From the NCBI GenBank assembly GCA_050740235.1, contig JBOIDB010000072.1:972-64971 (forward strand): 64,000 nucleotides of DNA. The letters are read 5' to 3'. This stretch comes from Gammaproteobacteria bacterium. GTDB taxonomy: Bacteria; Pseudomonadota; Gammaproteobacteria; Steroidobacterales; JACDCP01. The position numbers and the translations under genes are program-made. How positions within the stretch are numbered: the stretch's first letter is position 1; every line of letters starts with the position of its first letter. This document shows positions 60,866 to 64,000 of the stretch, one piece after another. The notes beneath the pieces are model-generated. The model made no database searches. It was not told where the DNA came from and was given only the letters and a program-made list of their open reading frames with translations.

Positions 60866-62790
60866 CCGCGGCAAAGACGCCGTACGGGCGCTGGACATCG
60901 CCGATCACGAGCGAGTCGGTGGCGAGCGAGGCGCTGCGCTTCGCCCAGCCGTCCATGGGCGGCACTACCGCATTCTGGATCGAAACCCGGCCCGCGGAGG
61001 GAGGACGCAGTGTGCTGATGCGCCAGCGCGACGCCTCCGCCGCCGAGGATCTGACACCTCTCCCGATGAGCGTTCGCAGCCGCGCCAACGAATACGGCGG
61101 TGGAGCCTATGCCGTGCTCGGCGACAGCATCTGGTTCGTCAACGACGAGGATCAACAGGTTTACCACCTCGGTGCATCGGGCGCTCCGGTTCGCGTGACG
61201 GAATCAACGGATGCCCGCTGGGCCGATCTGCGCCCCGACCCTCACCGGCGGCGTCTGCTCGCGATTCGCGAACGGCACGGCGCCGGCGCGGAACCGGAAA
61301 ACGCCCTGGTCGCCATCGATTCGACTCGCAGCACTGTCGATGTGCTCGCCGAAGGGCACGATTTCTACGCCTCACCGCGGCTCTCGCCGGATGGCCGGCG
61401 TCTCGCCTGGCTCGCCTGGGACCATCCGCACTTGCCCTGGACCGGGACGCAGCTCTGGATCGCGTCGCTCAGCGTCGATGGTCGGGCCGAGTCGCGGCGG
61501 CAGATTCCGGCCGGTGCCCGGACGTCGATATTTCAGCCGGAGTTCGCGCCGGACGGCTCGCTCTGCTTCATGTCCGACGCATCCGGCTGGTGGAATCTCT
61601 GGCGCTGGGACGGCCATTCCGCGCAACAGATCGTACGCGAGCCGGCCGAGCTCGGCCTGCCGCAGTGGCAGTTCGGCATGTCGACTTACGGTTTCATCGA
61701 CGCGCGCGCGGCGCTTTGCGCCCGCGTACGCGACGGGCGATGGAGCGTGATTCGCGTCAGCCTCGACAGCGGGCGCGTCGATACGTTGAACTTGCCGTAC
61801 ACCGACATCGAGCATCTTTCGGTAGCCGGAAGGTTCGCCGTGCTGCAAGCCGGAACGCCCGACCGCGCTCTCGGCATCGTCCGGCTCGACACCGCGACCG
61901 GCGGATATTCGACGGTGCGTGCGGTCCAGCCTGCAGCGGTCGATTCCGCCGCCGTATCCGAGCCGCTGCCGATCGAGTTCGACACGGGCGAAGGCGCGAC
62001 TGCGCACGGCTTCTACTATCCGCCGCGCAACCCGGCTCATGTCGCCCCATGGGGGGAGCGCCCGCCGTTGCGCGTCAAGTGTCACGGCGGTCCGACCGGC
62101 GCGGCCTCGACTGCGCTGGATCCGCGCGTGCAGTACTGGACGAGCCGCGGCTGGGCGCTGCTCGATGTCGATTACCGCGGCAGCACGGGATACGGACGCG
62201 ATTATCGCGAACAGCTTTACGGCCGCTGGGGCGAGGCCGATGTCGAAGATTGCGCATCCGGCGTGCGTTTTCTGGCCGACGAGGGTCTTGCCGATGCGCG
62301 GCGTGCGACCATCAGCGGCAACAGCGCCGGTGGATACACGGTGCTCTGCGCGCTCGCTTTCACGGATGCCTTCAGCGCGGGCGCGAGCTATTACGGCGTC
62401 GCCGACCCGGCGACGCTGTTTGCGGCGACACACAAGTTCGAAGCGCATTACGATCGCTGGCTGTTCGGCGCCGAGCGCGAACGGCTCCTCGTGGAACGAT
62501 CGCCGCTGGCGCACGCGGACCGCATCCGCTGTCCGGTCATCTTCTTCCAGGGGTCGGCCGACAAGGTCGTGCCGCCGGAGCAGACCGCCCGTATGGTGGC
62601 CGCCATGCAGGCGGCCGGCACGGATGTTGCCTGCCTGACTTTCGACGGAGAGGGCCATGGGTTTCGCGGGGCGGACGCGATCCGCCGCGCGCTGGAGGCC
62701 GAACACGAGTTTCTGTCGCGCGTCCTGGAACCCGCCGCTATCCGGAGCATCTCACCCCGGGTCCGGTTTTCGCCGCCCGAGCCCGGCTGA
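60862..62790 (+). CDS. S9-family serine peptidase (prolyl oligopeptidase / dipeptidyl aminopeptidase-like)
   Basis: N-terminal beta-propeller-like region, then a catalytic domain with GNSAGGY. The start overlaps the NRDE gene stop (ATGA). Confidence 0.85.
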   Translation: MTAAKTPYGRWTSPITSESVASEALRFAQPSMGGTTAFWIETRPAEGGRSVLMRQRDASAAEDLTPLPMSVRSRANEYGGGAYAVLGDSIWFVNDEDQQVYHLGASGAPVRVTESTDARWADLRPDPHRRRLLAIRERHGAGAEPENALVAIDSTRSTVDVLAEGHDFYASPRLSPDGRRLAWLAWDHPHLPWTGTQLWIASLSVDGRAESRRQIPAGARTSIFQPEFAPDGSLCFMSDASGWWNLWRWDGHSAQQIVREPAELGLPQWQFGMSTYGFIDARAALCARVRDGRWSVIRVSLDSGRVDTLNLPYTDIEHLSVAGRFAVLQAGTPDRALGIVRLDTATGGYSTVRAVQPAAVDSAAVSEPLPIEFDTGEGATAHGFYYPPRNPAHVAPWGERPPLRVKCHGGPTGAASTALDPRVQYWTSRGWALLDVDYRGSTGYGRDYREQLYGRWGEADVEDCASGVRFLADEGLADARRATISGNSAGGYTVLCALAFTDAFSAGASYYGVADPATLFAATHKFEAHYDRWLFGAERERLLVERSPLAHADRIRCPVIFFQGSADKVVPPEQTARMVAAMQAAGTDVACLTFDGEGHGFRGADAIRRALEAEHEFLSRVLEPAAIRSISPRVRFSPPEPG

Positions 62791-62918
62791 AAGTTTCGGC
62801 GTCCCGCCGCGTGCTGCGCCGCCGTCTGCGCGGCCGCTCCGAACGGCCCGATGAGACTGTCATTTGCGCCGGCGTGAATCGCACGCCCGCGTCGGGCCGA
62901 AGTTCGCGAGGACGTTGA

Positions 62919-64000
62919 GTGCGTTCAGTTCTGCCTCGGATAATCATGCTGGCCGGCCTTCTCGTCTACAGCGGCGTCCGCGCCGCCGATACCGTCGACG
63001 TGCAGGTCGAGGGCCTCGAGACGGAGCTCGAGGAGAACGTGCGCGCGTTCCTCAGTATCGTCGAGCGTAGCGAGCCGCAGGACGAGGAAGACGAGGAGGC
63101 GGCGCCGCTCAACGAAGCGGCGATACGCCGCCTGCATCGGCGGGCGCCCGAGGAAATACGCAAGGCGCTGCAGCCCTTCGGCTACTACTCGCCGGCCATC
63201 GAAACGAACTTGGAAGGCGGCGACGGCTCGTGGCGGGCCACATACGCCGTGGATCCGGGCGCACCGACGCGGCTCGCGCAAGTCGAAATCCGGGTGGAGG
63301 GCGAAGCGCGAGACCTGCCGGACGTAAAATCCCTGCTCGCCGACGCAGATATCGAGCCCGGCGACGTTTTGAGTCACCCGGCTTACGAGCGCGTCAAGAA
63401 TGGCTTGCTCGAGGCCGTGTATTCCGCGGGCTATCTCGACGCCGCCTGGCGGCGCAGCGAGATGCTCGTCGAGCCCGACCGTCGGCGCGCCCGCATCTTT
63501 CTCGTGCTCGAGAGCGGCCGGCGCTATTACTTCGGCGACATCCGCATCGAGCAGGACATCCTCAACCAGGACTTCGTCGAGCGCTACAACGACATCGAGC
63601 CCGGCGAGCCGTTCGATACCGACCGGCTGATCGATCTGCAGCTCGACCTGAGCAGCAGCGACTACTTCAGCGCCGTGGACGTCCAGGCGCATCGCGACGA
63701 GGCGGCCGACTTCCGCGTGCCCGTCACGATCCGCACCGAGCCGCGCAAGCCACAGCACTACACGTTCGGCGTCGGCTACGGCACCGACACCGGCGCGCGC
63801 GTCAGTTTCGGCACGGAGTTTCGTCGCATCAACCGGCGCGGGCATCAGTTTCGCCTGGATGTGCAGCTCTCGGAAATCCGCAACGCTTTTACCGCGCAAT
63901 ATCACGTGCCGATCGAGAATGTCGTGACCGACCGCATGACGTACTTCTCCAGCCTGCAGCAGGTCGAGATCGGCGATGCCGACTCCGACCTGTTTAGCGT
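62919..64000 (+). CDS. tamA: Translocation and assembly module outer-membrane protein TamA (3' end beyond window)
   Basis: An open frame (not in the ORF track because it has no stop) reads (M)RSVLPRIIMLAGLLVYSGVRAADTVDVQVEGLETELEENVRAFLSIVE..., matching the E. coli TamA N-terminus ([21 protein letters not shown]). POTRA-like repeats follow. GTG 62919 follows an in-frame TGA; an alternative ATG is at 62946. Confidence 0.85.
   Translation, partial: MRSVLPRIIMLAGLLVYSGVRAADTVDVQVEGLETELEENVRAFLSIVERSEPQDEEDEEAAPLNEAAIRRLHRRAPEEIRKALQPFGYYSPAIETNLEGGDGSWRATYAVDPGAPTRLAQVEIRVEGEARDLPDVKSLLADADIEPGDVLSHPAYERVKNGLLEAVYSAGYLDAAWRRSEMLVEPDRRRARIFLVLESGRRYYFGDIRIEQDILNQDFVERYNDIEPGEPFDTDRLIDLQLDLSSSDYFSAVDVQAHRDEAADFRVPVTIRTEPRKPQHYTFGVGYGTDTGARVSFGTEFRRINRRGHQFRLDVQLSEIRNAFTAQYHVPIENVVTDRMTYFSSLQQVEIGDADSDLFS

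Noticed and set aside
62925-63905. 326-aa minus-strand ORF, the only long ORF listed in the track for this region
   Set aside because: The opposite strand has an open frame with an unmistakable TamA N-terminus and POTRA-like sequence. That frame is missing from the track only because it has no stop before the window end. The minus ORF has no motifs.

Overview
High-GC (roughly two-thirds G+C by eye) proteobacterial chromosome segment, probably a Gammaproteobacterium (Xanthomonadales/Nevskiales-like); the taxon is inference only. The window is densely packed with about 58 supported protein-coding genes, mostly housekeeping, envelope and stress functions. These include a glycerol-phosphate cluster, a YdbH/YdbL pair, a GGDEF-EAL protein, an AttEFGH-like ABC system and a complete sigma-54/PspF-controlled phage-shock operon. 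Also present are two amidohydrolases, a Kef-type antiporter, a YtrA-ABC-BON-DUF4097 module beside an ECF sigma/anti-sigma pair, and mdh, fadE, dinB, exeA/gspB, nudC and a 3'-truncated tamA. I found no rRNA, tRNA, CRISPR array, transposase, integrase, phage gene or recognisable defence gene. The six-frame track is full of long antisense and N-terminally over-extended ORFs typical of high-GC DNA, so starts were re-derived from the sequence. The most unusual content is non-coding. (1) A hairpin family has a conserved ~25-nt loop on unrelated but complementary stems. (2) Two families of GGAAA(A)T-type inverted-repeat elements occur, and one of them carries the start codons of dinB and nudC at the same repeat position. 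(3) Five hairpins sit back to back, and one of them recurs as a 34-nt copy 21 kb away. The most unusual coding feature is a divergent FlhC-like / tandem-FlhD-like regulator pair with no flagellar or conjugative genes nearby. All protein calls come from motif recognition by eye; no database search was run.
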